Source of the DNA: Anolis carolinensis
Lineage: Eukaryota
NCBI RefSeq assembly: GCF_035594765.1
Contig: NC_085843.1
Location: 67,316,201-67,380,200, forward strand
Direction of reading: 5' to 3'
DNA: 64,000 bases
In this document: piece after piece, positions 1 through 11,909 of the stretch
Position numbering within the stretch: the first letter of the stretch is position 1
Layout: each line of letters begins with the position of its first letter
The notes under the pieces: model-generated
Told to the model about the DNA's origin: nothing
Seen by the model: the letters and a program-made list of their open reading frames with translations, nothing else
Database searches by the model: none
Made by a program: the position numbers and the translations under genes

Positions 1-481
1 TCGAAGACCTTGAGGGATGGCTCAGTGATGAGGACATGGCCCGTTGGTGGCAGCTTCTCGAACTCTAAGACATAGCCATCTTTGACAATCCGGAGAACCC
101 AGGCATCTGATGTGATACTCTGCAAAGTATTTTCAAAGGAGGAGAGACGGTCACCAAATTGAGGGCTTTGGGGCTATTGTAGAGTCTGAACGGGTGGAAG
201 ATGAAGAGAGGTGGAGGTGGCAGTGGTAGGCGAGGTGGAGCAGGTACTGAGGGGTACACCGTCAAACCCGACGGCGGGATTGGTTATTATTCGAAAGGGC
301 ACAACCACGGTGTTTGGAAGGCTGTTGGTGGCGCTGTTGCTGATGCTGCTGATTGGGTTGCAGTGGCCTACGGTGTGCCTTTAGCCCTGGGACTGAAAGG
401 GCTGATGTCCGTATCTATGGAACCGTTGGGGGTACCAGCGGGTCCTCTGGGCATGAGTTTGCTGTACTCCACATTTGGTTG
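1..481 (-). mobile_element. DIRS-like (tyrosine recombinase) retrotransposon: gag end and RT N-terminus, continues beyond the window start
   Basis: Minus strand ~165-60 translates as PQFGDRLSSFENTLQSITSDAWVLRIVKDGYVLEF, the typical DIRS pre-RT motif (GGRL..F...W..IT.D.WVL..I..GY.LEF). Joins to 2990+ once the L2 is removed (DDKLKFNQ|MWSTANS). Confidence 0.85.
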
Positions 482-2935
482 CTAGGATCTTAAAGTCTTG
501 GGATCCATAAGCCCAGGAGGCTTATGGATCCTGATGGATTCCTGATGGCTCTTGGGGATTTTCCTGCCACTTCGGTAGGTGATTCTGTCAAAACCCTGGC
601 AGACCTCTATAATACGGAGGTAGCCAGGGCAGTTGACACAATCGCTCCTGAGCATCTTCTTTCACAACTCAGGTATAAGTCAGCCCCCTGGTACAACAGG
701 GAGCTGGCAGCGCTGAAGCAAGTGAAACGGAGACTAGAGCAGCGTTGGCGTACTTTGTACAGCAAGTCCGACCGTGCACGGTCTAGAGCTTATTTAAGAG
801 CCTATTCTGTGGCAATGAAGGCGGCAGAAAAATCATATATTGCCGCCAACATTGCATCTGCAACCGTCCAAGAGAGCTGTTTCGAGTGGTCAGGGGACTT
901 TTAAACCCTGCCCATCCAGAGACCCCTGACCAATCGGCAGCTCATTGTGATGAATTTGCTAGGTTCTTTGAGGATAAAGTCGCTCGGATCCGCTCTGACT
1001 TAGACACCAATATTAGTGCAGTCTCTGTGGATGTAACTGAGGAATCTGCTTGTCCCTGTTTAATGGATTCCTTTTGGTTAGTTCGGCCCGAGGACGTGGA
1101 CAAGACCTTGGGAGAAATGAGGCCGACTACATGTTCTCTAGACCCTTGCCTGTCCTGACTTATAAAATCAGCCAGGGGAGACTGGCGGAGTGGGTGAAGG
1201 TGCTGGTTAATGCCTCCTTGACCCAAGGCACAATGCCAATTAGATTCAAGGAGGCAGTTGTAAGACAATTATTAAAGAAACCAGCACTGGATCCCACTGA
1301 CTTGAATAATTACAGGCCAGTATCAAATCTCCCCTTTTTGGGCAAGGTTCTAGAGAAGGTGGTGGCTTCACAACTCCAAAGTTTCTTAGAAGACACCGAT
1401 TATCTGGATCCATCTCAATCTGGTTTCAGGCCTGGTTACGGAACTGAAACGGTATTGGTCGCATTGGTGGATGATCTATGAAGAGAGCTAGACAGGGGGA
1501 GTGTGTCACTGCTAGTTCTCCTGGATCTCTCAGCAGCTTTTGATACCATCGACCATGGTATCCTTCTGGGCCGTCTCTCTGAGATGGGGCTTGGGGGCAC
1601 TGTTTTACAGTGGCTCCGGTACTTCTTGGAGGGGTGGACCCAGATGGTGGAGCTGGGAGACTCCTGTTCGACTCCTTGGCCTGTGGCCTGTGGGGTCCCT
1701 CAGGGTTCAATTCTGTCCCACATGCTGTTTAACATTTACATGAAACCGCTGGGAGAGATCATCTGGAGTTTTGGAGTTTGGTGTCAAATTTATGCAGATG
1801 GCACCCAACTCTATTACTCCTTTCCACCAAAAGCCAAGGATGCTGTTCTGATCCTGAACCAATGCCTGTCATCAGTGATGGACTGGATGGCCAACAAACC
1901 AAAACGAAATCCAGACAAAACAGAGGTACTCCTGGTCAGTCGTAATCCCAGACGTAAGGGTGTGGGATTACAACCTGTGCTGGATGGGGTCGCACTCCCC
2001 CTGAAGACACAGGTTCACAGTCTGGGGGTGCACCTGGACCCATCGTTGACCCTGGAATCCCAGGTGTCATCGGTGGCCAGGAGTGCCTTCGCACAGCTAA
2101 AACTTGTGCACCAGCTGCACCCATACCTTGAGACACCAGACTTGGCCATGGTAGTCCATGCCTTAGTCACATCCCGTTTAGACTACTGCAACGCTCTCTA
2201 CATGGGGCTGCCTTTGAAGATAGTTCGGAAACAACAGCTAGTTCAGCGATCGGCAGCCAGGTTACTAACTGGAGCACCGTACAGGGAGAGAACTACTCCC
2301 GTGTTGCAGCAGCTCCACTGGCTGCCGGTCCGTTTCTGAACTAAATACAAAGTGCTGGTTGTTACCTATACAGCCCTAAATGGCTTAGGTCCAGGGTATT
2401 TGTCAAATCACTTCTCCCTGTATAGACCATCTCGGGCACTTCGGTCAGTGGAGGAGGCCCTGCTCTCGGTCCCACACTCGTCACACGTGCGGCTGGTGGG
2501 AATGAGAGAGGGGGGCCTTCTCCGTGATTGCCCCGCGCCCCTAGAACTCCCTCCCTAAAGAAATAAAAATGGCCTCCACCCTCCTCTCCTTTAAGAAACA
2601 GTTAAAAACACATCTTTGCACCTTAGCATATGGAGAGGAGGAGGACTAACATAACTACCACCCCATAGCAGCTATGGTCTAAGTGAAACTGAACAACTTG
2701 GTCACTTTAACTGGTCCAGTTATACACTCGCTCTGTGCAATAATGTTTTTACTGATTTTCACATTTAAATTCATTGTTTTTTAATGTGGAATTTTTATTA
2801 TAATGTGTAAGTTATTGTCATTTTATACTTTTGATATTATGAAGAAATTGTGGCATTGAATGTTTGTCATTTATATGTATGTTAACAGCCCTCAGTCCCT
2901 TTGGGGAGAGAGGGCATTCTAGAAATAAAGTTTTA

Positions 2936-2982
<47 letters not shown>
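482..2982 (+). mobile_element. L2-clade LINE, 5'-truncated, degenerate ORF2 (RT)
   Basis: ORF pieces with YRPVSNLPFLGKVLEK, QSGFRPGYGTET, LLDLSAAFDTIDH, GVPQGSIL, YADGTQ, SRLDYCN and LHWLP; in-frame stops and frameshifts; (TTA)n tail at 2933-2982; TTGGTTG on both sides (475-481, 2983-2989). Confidence 0.95.
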
Positions 2983-2984
<2 letters not shown>

Positions 2985-2989
2985 GGTTG

Positions 2990-4725
2990 AACTTTAGTTT
3001 ATCGTCCATTCTGGCATTGAAGAGCCCCAGTGTGTCGAAGGGAAGGTCCTCGATGACCTGCCTGGACGAGGATGATAGGCTGGACGATCTAAGCCAGAAA
3101 TGGCGTTGAATGGCGGCTGCATGGGCAATCATTTTGCTAGCGGTATCACCTGTGTGCTTTGCCATCTGGATCTGATGGTGAGCTAGAGTCTGCCTCTTGT
3201 TGTAGGGTTGTGAGGACCAATCAATCTTCATCAGAGAGCTTCGAGAAGCAAGCTTGGGCTTTTTCCCACAGTATTTGCTAATAAGCCCCCATGCAGTCCC
3301 TGTAGTTAGCCATGCCTCGATCCTCTTTGAAATTGGATGTATCGATGATGGGGTTTTCCAGGGGGGCTGAATAACATTGAGCAGGTATGGGAGGAAAGGC
3401 AACAAAGTGGTCAGAGGAGCTTCTGCCTGGACCCTGGGTCTGTGGCTGCTTAGGAGGTTTGTTTTATTTCAAGGCCAAGGGCATCAGCCATTCCTACCAT
3501 TTGATCAGCGAAAGCACGATCATTGTTGGTAGGAGATGAAAGGTCGACCTCATAGACTTCTGGAGCAGGCAAAAGGTCAAGGCTTAGTGACAAGACCAAG
3601 TCTAAATGCACAGATTCTGAAAGGTCATTGTCTTGCTCATCATCTTTGGTACCTTGAGGATAGGATGCCATTGCATCAGGAAGCTGTAAGGCAGGTAGGT
3701 GGGAAGAAGAGGCTGGTCGAGGGTCCTTTGAAGCGGAGGCTTGTACGGCTCTAGCAAGATGAGTCATTTGCCTACCCCTTTCTGGCATCACCGAGGGTGG
3801 GAACAGTTCCTGGCAGGTTTGAAGTTGTTGTGCCCAAGTCTCTGGAACTGACACCTGGACCACTGTCTAAGTAGAGTGGTGGGGTGAGTCCTGAATTTCG
3901 CCCTCAGACGACTGGTGGATCAGCGATTTGGATGACACCTCCTAGGTTGCACCGGTTGGATCAGTGAGGACTTTCTCGATGAGGTGGCTGAGGAGGAAGG
4001 AACATTCTTCTTAGAGGAGGCTGAGGAAGAGGAACGCTGCATCAGCCTCTTTTTTGAAAGAGACTGTTTCGATGGAGCCCTCATTGATTTGCCTGGCATT
4101 AGCGGGATTGGGCAGTAAGGTGCCAAGTCAGATTGAGCATGGCGTGTTTCCTCATAGACCCATTTGAATGTGATCTTCATCACCGATATTGAGGAAGGGA
4201 TGCCACGTGGGATTGAAGTCGAGGTTGAGGAAGGGCTGACTGCCTGATCAAGTCGACACTGTGGCAGTGGTTACTGTGCAGGGAAGTTTCAGGGCTTTGG
4301 AAATCTTTGAGGCCTTCGAAGTCATTGAGTGGCCTTTAGTGGAGCTAAAGTGGAGGATGAGGGTGGAGGTGCGAGAGATCTCTGGGCCATGAAGGCGAGG
4401 CAATGGTGGCAAGATCCGACCACGTGGCCCTCACCCAAGAAGAGGAAGCATTTAGCATGCCCGTCTGAATCGGGGATCTTGGCTGCATATTGCATGCATC
4501 TTTTAAATCGAGTAGTAGACATCAGGAAGATTCCAAAGTGAACTTTGCAGCAGAAAAAAAGGAACTGGGGAGTGTGCGCCCAGGGCTGTCTTTTATACCC
4601 TGTGGGGAAGGGGGCAGGGTTACCGCCAAAATGTAAAAGGTTCAGCTTGGAAGATTTTCCATTGGAGCCTGCACAGGCACAGATATCTCCACTAGTGTGC
4701 ATTCACAGAGTACACAAAGAAGAAA
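2990..4725 (-). mobile_element. DIRS-like retrotransposon: left terminus and degenerate gag (LAP2alpha-like)
   Basis: N-terminal Cys/His motif FKRCMQYAAKIPDSDGHAKCFLFLGEGHVVGSCHHC (ORF 4322-4702); RHFWL...IEDLPFDTLGLF (ORF 2980-3405); minus-strand terminus TTTCTTCTTTGTGTACTCTGTGAATGCACAC. Confidence 0.85.
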
Positions 4726-4729
4726 CAGC

Positions 4730-4920
4730 ATTGTTGTGTGCCATCATTTCTGACTTATAGACACTGTGTCATGGATTTTTCTTGGCAGAATTTGTTCAGA
4801 GTGGGGTCTACATTTGCCTTTCTATGGGGCAAAAAAACCCGTGACTTGTCCAGTGGGTTTACATGATTGACCAGGAATGCAAACTCATATATCTCAGTGT
4901 CCTAGTCCAACACTCAAATT
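4730..4920 (-). mobile_element. Old tRNA-derived squamate SINE remnant
   Basis: Similar to the copies at 52777-52890 (+) and 61575-61730 (-): tgtgcc..atttctgacttat...gtgacttg...tagtccaacactca. Confidence 0.6.
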
Positions 4921-5296
4921 ATGATATCAAAATTCAGCTGGGTCTTTGGAATAGTGTCATAATTCTGTGCATTCCCCATTAAAAGATAACATTCTGTAAT
5001 GGCATCATATACAATGTCATTGGCAGCTGGTAACTATTGTATTACTTTAAATGTCATATTTGACTTATCTTACAGCATAGATGGATAAATAGATTGATAG
5101 GTAGATAGAGAGATAGATATTGCTCTTTGGCAGCAGGTGTCCAAAACAGCTAATGTTTTTAAAAGGCAAGCTTCCACTTAAGCAAAAGGTCTATCCTTCT
5201 TTGTAATAACTTTACACATATTTATATAATGGAAGGAAAAAGGAAGAGAGGACGACCATGGGCAAGATGGATGGATGGTATCCTTGAAGTGAATGT

Positions 5297-5329
5297 GTTG
5301 TACTTGCGCCAAGGGGCAGTTCTGGTACT

Positions 5330-5361
<32 letters not shown>

Positions 5362-6111
5362 CAGTATTTATATTCCGCCCGTCTCAGCCCGAAGGGGACT
5401 CAGGGCGGATCACATTACACATATAAGGCAAACATTCAATGCCTTAACATAGAACAAAGACAAGACAAACACGGGGCTCCGAGCTGGCCTCGAACTCATG
5501 ACCTCCTGGTCAGAGTGATTCATTGCAGCTGGCTGCAGCTGCTTGCTCAACAGCCTGCGCCACAGCCCAGTAAAATTGCTAGTAGGAGGAAAAGGGATAA
5601 TGCTGAGCAGGTGTTTGATGAGGAACAGCAAGTAAAGCGGATTCGGGAAATACTTATGGCTCCTACTGATGAGGAGACGTTTGAAGGCTTCTCTAGTGAG
5701 GAGGACTCAATGGAGGAAGATGATGGGTTAACAGAAAGTAGAGGAACTAAGAGGTCAACTCGGGAGCAAGAGTCAGATGAGGAAAGGGAAAGAAAGAAGA
5801 TTCGTGATATACTTACTGCTCCCACGGAAGATGAAACGTTTGAAGGTTTTTCTGGGGATGATGGGTCTGAGAGTGGGATGGAAGATGCTGCAGATTGGAC
5901 TCAAGTAAATGTGTGTGCAGCACCAGATTCTGAGGGTGCATCGGGAGACTAGCATGCTACTGGTACACCAGAGACATGGGGAGATCTAAATCTTGAACAA
6001 AGATGGCGTGATTGGAGGGCTGGTGGGCGAGGTTCACATATGAGATCAAGATCAGCTGTGGATAATGATAACAGGGCGGAGGCCTCATCATCATCAGACT
6101 CCGAGGTGTAA
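5297..6111 (+). pseudogene. LTR(U3)-encoded acidic ORF with two FxGF motifs, disrupted by a SINE and one TAG (5950-5952)
   Basis: VVLAPRGSSGT / SKIASRRKR..IREILMAPTDEETFEGF..IRDILTAPTEDETFEGF..TWGDLNLEQRWRDWR..MRSRSAVD..SDSEV*; colinear with copy 2. Confidence 0.8.
5331..5568 (-). mobile_element. Anolis SINE2-type SINE (tRNA-like head, L2-like tail), short variant
   Basis: Reverse complement matches the head (gggctgtggcgcaggctgttgagc) and the tail (gtgatccgccctgagtccccttcggg...aatataaatactgtaaataaa) of the copy at 11447-11909. Confidence 0.85.
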
Positions 6112-6259
6112 GTTAAAAGTGGAATTGAAAGTGAAGGTCCCTTGCAGAAGGCAAGGTGTCGTTTTTGGGACATTGCTTTTCGCTGCCTGTTCTCCTTGGG
6201 TCATGGCTGTACAGTTTCATGTTCTGAATCCGGATTGATTCCTGCTTTGGTGTTCTTGA

Positions 6260-6595
6260 CTTGGCATTTCTGGCTTGCCGTTCCTGGCTTCTGAATCCAG
6301 TTTGGCTCCTGACGACAGCGTTCGTTCCTGCTTTGGCGTCCCTGGCTTGGCATTTCTGGCTCCTGAATCCAGTTTGGCTCCTGACGACAGCATTCGTTCC
6401 TGGCTTGGCGTTCCTGGCTCCTGAATCCAGTTTGGCTCCTGACGACAGCGTTTTGCTCCTGGCTTGGCGATTCCAACTTGGTGTTTCTGGCTTCCACTGG
6501 CTCCTGAATCCGGTCTGCTTCCTGACGACAACAGTGTTTGCTCCTGGCTTGGCATTTTTGGCACCTTTTGGCTTTTGAACTTGGCTTGGCTTTTG
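6260..6595. repeat. Imperfect tandem repeats inside LTR A copy 1 (core ggctcctgaatccagtttggctcctgacgacagc)
   Basis: About four copies with variable spacers, directly visible. Confidence 0.85.
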
Positions 6596-7704
6596 GCAAC
6601 GGTATCATTTGCACTCATTATTTAAGAGCGTTTGGCGCTTCCCTGACTCTGTGCCACAGCATAGCGTGGCGCTTGTTTCAGTGAATGTTTTAGTTACATT
6701 TGAACCGGATTATCAAGCTACATAATCTGGGTTATCTTTCTGATCCTGTTTTGTGCCTTTTCTTGAAGCAAAGATGTTTACTTTTGGTGGAAACACTGAA
6801 GTTAAGTGTTTATGAGTTCTATTTATCATTTAATAAACATTTGCTGACTTTATTTATTGTGTGTGGCTCTTTAAGAGGAGTCTGTATCGTGATAGAATGG
6901 CTTCACCTTGAAGGAGCTGGGGATGGCGACGGCCGACAGGGAACTCTGGCATGGACTGGACCATGAGGTCACAAAGAGTCGAAAACGACTGAGTGAATGA
7001 AGAGAGCTATATGGGATTCAATACATATAGCAATTGTTTTTGTTTAGACCTGCATGACTAATTTCCAGGTTCCTAGAAAAATGTGCTTGATTGTGACTGA
7101 ATAGTGTTCTCTGAAGTTGAAAAATAGTAATTCTCTGAATTCTCGGCCTTCATTTATCACTCTTATCTGCTTTACTACACTTTTCAAAATGTTCATTCTC
7201 AAATTTACCTTTCTATAGTGACTAACAGCTAGTAGAATTTAGATTTTTATTTCTAAAGGGTACCCTTTATGTTGATTGTATCTTCCTAAGAGATCCCAGT
7301 GAAATGCCACTGAAGAGATTTACCCTGAGGTTGCCTTAGAGTAATTTATGTGATTTATTTTGCACAACTTAGCAATAATCATTAAAGTTCATTAGATTAG
7401 AGGGAGAATCATTGTCACACTGTCATCCGGATGCATGGGCTAATTTCAGTGGTGATGCTTAGTGTTTTAATTATGCAAACCTCCCCACTCCTTTACATCC
7501 CACACTTCTAATGAACTGCTCAAAGGAGCTTGAAAACTCAACAATTTTACGTTACACAATGGATTTTATGCATATATTTGTGTGAAAGAAAGGGAGAGTA
7601 TACAGGCATTGTTACATACAGCAGACTGTTAATAGTCTGAACTGGTCCCAGTTCATCAGTTTGGGCCATAGTAACAAGAGTTTCAATGTATAGTTACCAT
7701 GTAG

Positions 7705-8296
7705 GGCTGTGTGGGTTCTATTTTACATAAGCACGGCTGCAAGATTAACATTGTCAAAAGTATGGAAAGGGAAGGAAATCCCTACCATGGAAGACTGGGT
7801 ACTGAAAGTATTGGATATAATACAAATGGATATCCTAACTCAAAAGATAAAAGAAGGGAAAAACAGAATGGACTGGTCCAGTTTCATAAAATTTATTTAA
7901 AAAAAAAAAGGAATGGATTTTAAGATAGATCTGACTCATATATAAAGAAACTCTTTTTTGGACTACTTTTTTGGAATCCTGGGTAGAGAGAGATCTGGAA
8001 AATAAGAATCTCCAAAGAATGAAAGAAGAAATCCTAAAGTGCTGATGGGAAGTCTTCCTCTGTTTTTTTTTGGGGGGGGGAGGGGGAGAGGGGGTTGTCG
8101 TTTTTTTTGTTTTTTGGGGTTTTTTGTGGGGTTTTTCTGTTGTCCCTCTCTCTCCCCCACTCACCCACCTCCTACTACCCCAAACTTTCCCAATTCAAAC
8201 GATCTTATTCTCCAACTGTGTCTTTATCCCTTTCTAATTATTCCCTCATATAGCTGTATTTATGATTCACAAAAGAAATAAAATTATTTACAAAAA
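7705..8296 (+). mobile_element. L1 3' end fragment
   Basis: TAARLTLSKVWKGKEIPTMEDW...DWSSFIKFI is an L1 ORF2 C-terminus; G-rich then pyrimidine-rich UTR; AATAAA plus A-rich end. Confidence 0.8.
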
Positions 8297-9119
8297 CATA
8301 AGAATCAAATGCACTGTTGAAGGATTACTTTATCAGTGGAATTATGGCTAATAAAATTTGATGATTGATGAGATGTGGTGTAGGAAATAAATAAATAATA
8401 GTCAGGTATCCTAAAAACAGCATTTTTATAAGATACATAAAGTTGTTGTACAGCTTTATTTGGCATTGATACAGCCTACTTTGGCTCTGGGCATCACCAG
8501 GACAAGCTGATACTATATTCACAGCTCATACAGTCACAGCACCACTCTGCTTGGCACTGTATGATCCCCAAGTATAATGTTGTGTAAGAAACACTACAAG
8601 CCATGCTAGATACTAAAATCTGGAAACCAATAATGATGTGGAGCCCTTTCATATTACACAGTTATAGCAGCATGATGTCACTTTAACTGCGATGGCTAAA
8701 TCCCATAGAATCCTGGGGTTTGCAGATAAGAGCTCTCTGGATGACAGTTGTATAACCTTCGAATTCTTGGATTCTATAAGATGTCACGACTGGACTTATC
8801 GTCAGGGGAAACCCTTTTTTTTTTATAAGATGTATACGTGACAGTTAATGTAGAGAGTGCTGTAGGTGCTATAGTTTTTCAGGTGCTTTTTTGATATCAA
8901 ATGTAGTGATGGCAACCCAAGGGAGAGAGGATTCCTCCCCCCCCCCGCTCATTTCTTTTAGTGTGGATTAGCAGTAGGGACTCCCTTGCATTTGAGGGAG
9001 TCTCAATAAGGACACCAGTTGGGGCTGATCCAACATCAGGCATGTTGGATCAGGCCCTGATTATGGGTCTGTATAGAAGAACCCTCTTGCTGATGTAAAA
9101 ACTGTATGAAGGACTAGAA

Positions 9120-9680
9120 TAGTTATTATTATTATTATCTTTATTTTTATCCATCTTTTCTCCCACTATAGGAACTAAAGGCAGCTTACAATAAATATAA
9201 ATCAGTACTAAAACAGTATAAATACATTAAAATATAAAATAAAATTAAAAATATTTAAATCATTTATTTAATTAAAATAATAAAATACATTAAAACTCAA
9301 TCCCCAGCACCAAATCCTAGTCATACTGTTCCCTGATGCCCACCTATCATTTGTTCATAAATGCCCAATGACAGTGGAATGTTTTCATCTGCCTCTGAAA
9401 GACAAGCAAGGACAACCATCCTGCGTCTCTTTAGTGTCAGGAAGTAGCCACCAAAAAGGTCCTCTACCTTGTTCCCAGAAAACAAAATTGAGAGGGTGGT
9501 GGGTCAGAGAGAAGGCCTTATCCAGATGGCCTTAGCGTTCTGATAGGTACATCAGAGAGACGTGGTCCTTCAAATAACCTAGACCCTATATAAGGCTTTA
9601 CAAGTGAAAATCAGCACTTGGAATTTCACCCTGAAATGGGTAGGTAGCTAATGCAGCTGTTGCGATGGGAATAAATAAAG
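9120..9680 (-). mobile_element. Old L2 3' end remnant
   Basis: (TTA)n and AT-rich tail followed by reverse-complement L2 3' sequence (gccaccaaaaaggtcct..., gagaaggcct..., cagcacttggaatt). Confidence 0.6.
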
Positions 9681-9834
9681 GGTGGCAGACTGAGGGCCCA
9701 TCCAGACAGGCCTTTAAAACAAGACCTGTTTCACTTTTACTAGAGGCATCCAAAAGACACTTCTGGTAAAACTGAATTAATTTGGATTAAACCAGGATTT
9801 CCCTAGTTTGATCCAAATTAATTAGACACCCCAT

Positions 9835-10125
9835 TAGATCTGGGCCTTCCTGACTAACATTTATAAAGCTCCTTAAACTCTTCCTGCTCAAGAAAGCCTT
9901 TGTGGGATGCTATGCAATGATGCTAAATGGTTAGGAAGACCTATAGGTTTGTTTTGTACGATTGGGTTAGTATAATTTCTTGTATTGAACTTTGATTAGC
10001 ATTTACAGCATGTCTAATATTTATGGTTTTAACTTGGTTTTAACTTTTACATTGTATGTTTTATTGGCTGTAAGCCGCCTTGAATGGGGAAAGGCAGGAT
10101 ATACATTTCTTAAATAAATAAATAA
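9835..10125 (+). mobile_element. L2 3' tail remnant
   Basis: ctgtaagccgccttga...ggcaggatata...(TAAA)n. Confidence 0.6.
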
Positions 10126-10801
10126 GGTGCACAATATTGCAGACTTGATATCACAATTCTCATGCAACATGTCTTCTCCATCTCACATCTCCATAATTTT
10201 AAATTGCACACAGAGAAAATTAAAACCATTCTTATTGTATTATGCTTAAGGATGAGGGCAATAGCAAATACCGAGAAAGGCTAAACAACATTCTTTTTTG
10301 AATAAATATCTCTAATGGTTATTTGCTGTAGTGGACCAGGTATATAAAACATGATTAAATCTTGTGTTTTATTGATGTATTGTAGATGGAGGGAAAGTTA
10401 ATGGTGTAGTTAGCCTGAGTCCTCTTGCCTTTCTTTTCTCATTTTCTAAGCTGCAGTGCCATAACCTTTAGCTAATAACAGCAACTCCCTACTGAGTGTG
10501 CATTAAATTGAACAGATGAATGGCAGCATTTTAAAGCAGATCTGATAACCTAGGCATGCTTGAGGGGTTTAAAGAGGCCACGTTCAATAGAGAAAACTAC
10601 TGGACACTTGAGGTTTGTCATATTATTCTGGTAGAAAAAAAGGAAAAAGACATTTAAAAATCAATTGCACCATTGAGAATATGAAGAAGGAAAACCAAAT
10701 AGGGAAGAAGGTGCATGATATGCTATGAAAGAAAACAGCTAGCACAGAAACAAAAAGCCTTAATGGAAGGCATGATATTTGAAGCACTCCTTTTGCATGG
10801 T

Positions 10802-10846
<45 letters not shown>
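10802..10846. repeat. (TCTA)n microsatellite at an L2 tail
   Basis: Direct observation. Confidence 0.95.
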
Positions 10847-10978
10847 TTCCATCATTTCTACCCCACCCTTCTCACCCGAGGGGACTCAGGGCAGCTTACA
10901 AACTGGCAATTAATGCCGATACACCATAATACAATAAAATAAAACATTAAAACAGTTAAAACAGTGTAATATACAATA

Positions 10979-11279
10979 GGTAAAGGTAAAGGTTTCCCCT
11001 GATGTTAAGTCCAGTCGTGACCGACTCTGGGGGTTGGTGCTCATCTTCATTTCTAAGCCAAAGAGCTGGCATTATCCATAAACACCTCCAAGGTCATGTG
11101 GCTGGCATGACTGCATGGAATGCCGTTACCTTCCCGCCGAAGCGGTACCTATTGATCTACTCACATTTGCATGTTTTCGAACTGCTAGGTTGGCAGGAGC
11201 TGGGGCTAACAGTGGGTGCTCATTCCGCTCCCGGGATTTGAACCAGTTCAGCAGCTCAGTGCTTTAACAGGGGCCCCTA
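10979..11279 (-). mobile_element. Sauria SINE
   Basis: ggtaaaggtaaaggtttcccct tail, gcggtacctattgatctactcacatttgcatg core, tRNA-like head; 12-bp TSD TAATATACAATA (10967-10978, 11280-11291). Confidence 0.9.
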
Positions 11280-11446
11280 TAATATACAATATACAAAGTT
11301 TAAAACAGTGCAAAGTGCATATGCCATTCGTCCACCAGACCTTGTACAAAAGCCTTATTCCAAACCAAGTCGAAGCCAGTAAAAACTTATTATTTAAACG
11401 CTTGCGCGCATAGCCAGCTGTTCAGTTTCTTTTTGAACCCCAGAAG

Positions 11447-11909
11447 GGCCGGGCTGTGGCGCAGGCTGTTGAGCAGCTGCAATAAATCACTCTGACCATG
11501 AGGTCATGAGTTCGAGGCCAGCCCGTGGCGGGCTGAGCACCCGTCAATTAAGAATAAAAAATAGCCCCTGCTCGTTGCTGACCTGGCAACCCGAAAGATA
11601 GTTGCATCTATCAAGTAGGAAATAAGGTACCACTTATAAAAAAGTGGGGAGGCAAGTTTAACTAATTTATGGCCTGGAATGAGGAACTGCCTTCAGAGTG
11701 GATGATGAAGCAGCTGCTCCCCCCTGTGGCCAGAATCGAACATCTCCTCAGGAAAAGGTTAAATTGCCTCTGCGTCTGTCTGTCTCGGTCTCTGTTTGAT
11801 GTGTTTATGGGCATTGTGTGTTTGCCCTATGTGTGATCCGCCCTGAGTCCCCTTCGGGGTGAGAAGGGCGGAATATAAATACTGTAAATAAATAAATAAA
11901 TAAAATAAA
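11447..11909 (+). mobile_element. Anolis SINE2-type SINE, full length
   Basis: Pol III-like head (tgtggcgcagg...gagttcgaggcc), L2-like 3' end, (TAAA)n tail. Confidence 0.9.

Larger units (their letters stand above)
5296..6894 (+). mobile_element. Solo LTR, family A copy 1 (probably Gypsy-type)
   Basis: Starts TGTTGTA and ends GTATCGTGATA (CA decayed to TA); 5-bp TSD GAATG (5291-5295, 6895-6899); AATAAA near 6832; homologous to 62677-63823. Confidence 0.9.
5229..7002 (+). mobile_element. RTE/BovB-type LINE 3' end, split by a solo LTR (pieces 5229-5295 and 6895-7002)
   Basis: EGKRKRGRPWARWMDGILEVN continues after the LTR as GFTLKELGMATADRELWHGLDHEVTKSRKRLSE*. Confidence 0.85.

Noticed and set aside
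5293-5952. 219-aa ORF as a host gene
   Set aside because: The N-terminal part is antisense SINE; only the part after ~5569 is the conserved LTR frame.
6201-6618. Repetitive ORFs on both strands
   Set aside because: Tandem-repeat artefacts within the LTR, with no conservation in copy 2.
11447-11530. tRNA gene
   Set aside because: The A/B-box-like head belongs to a SINE; there is no complete cloverleaf.
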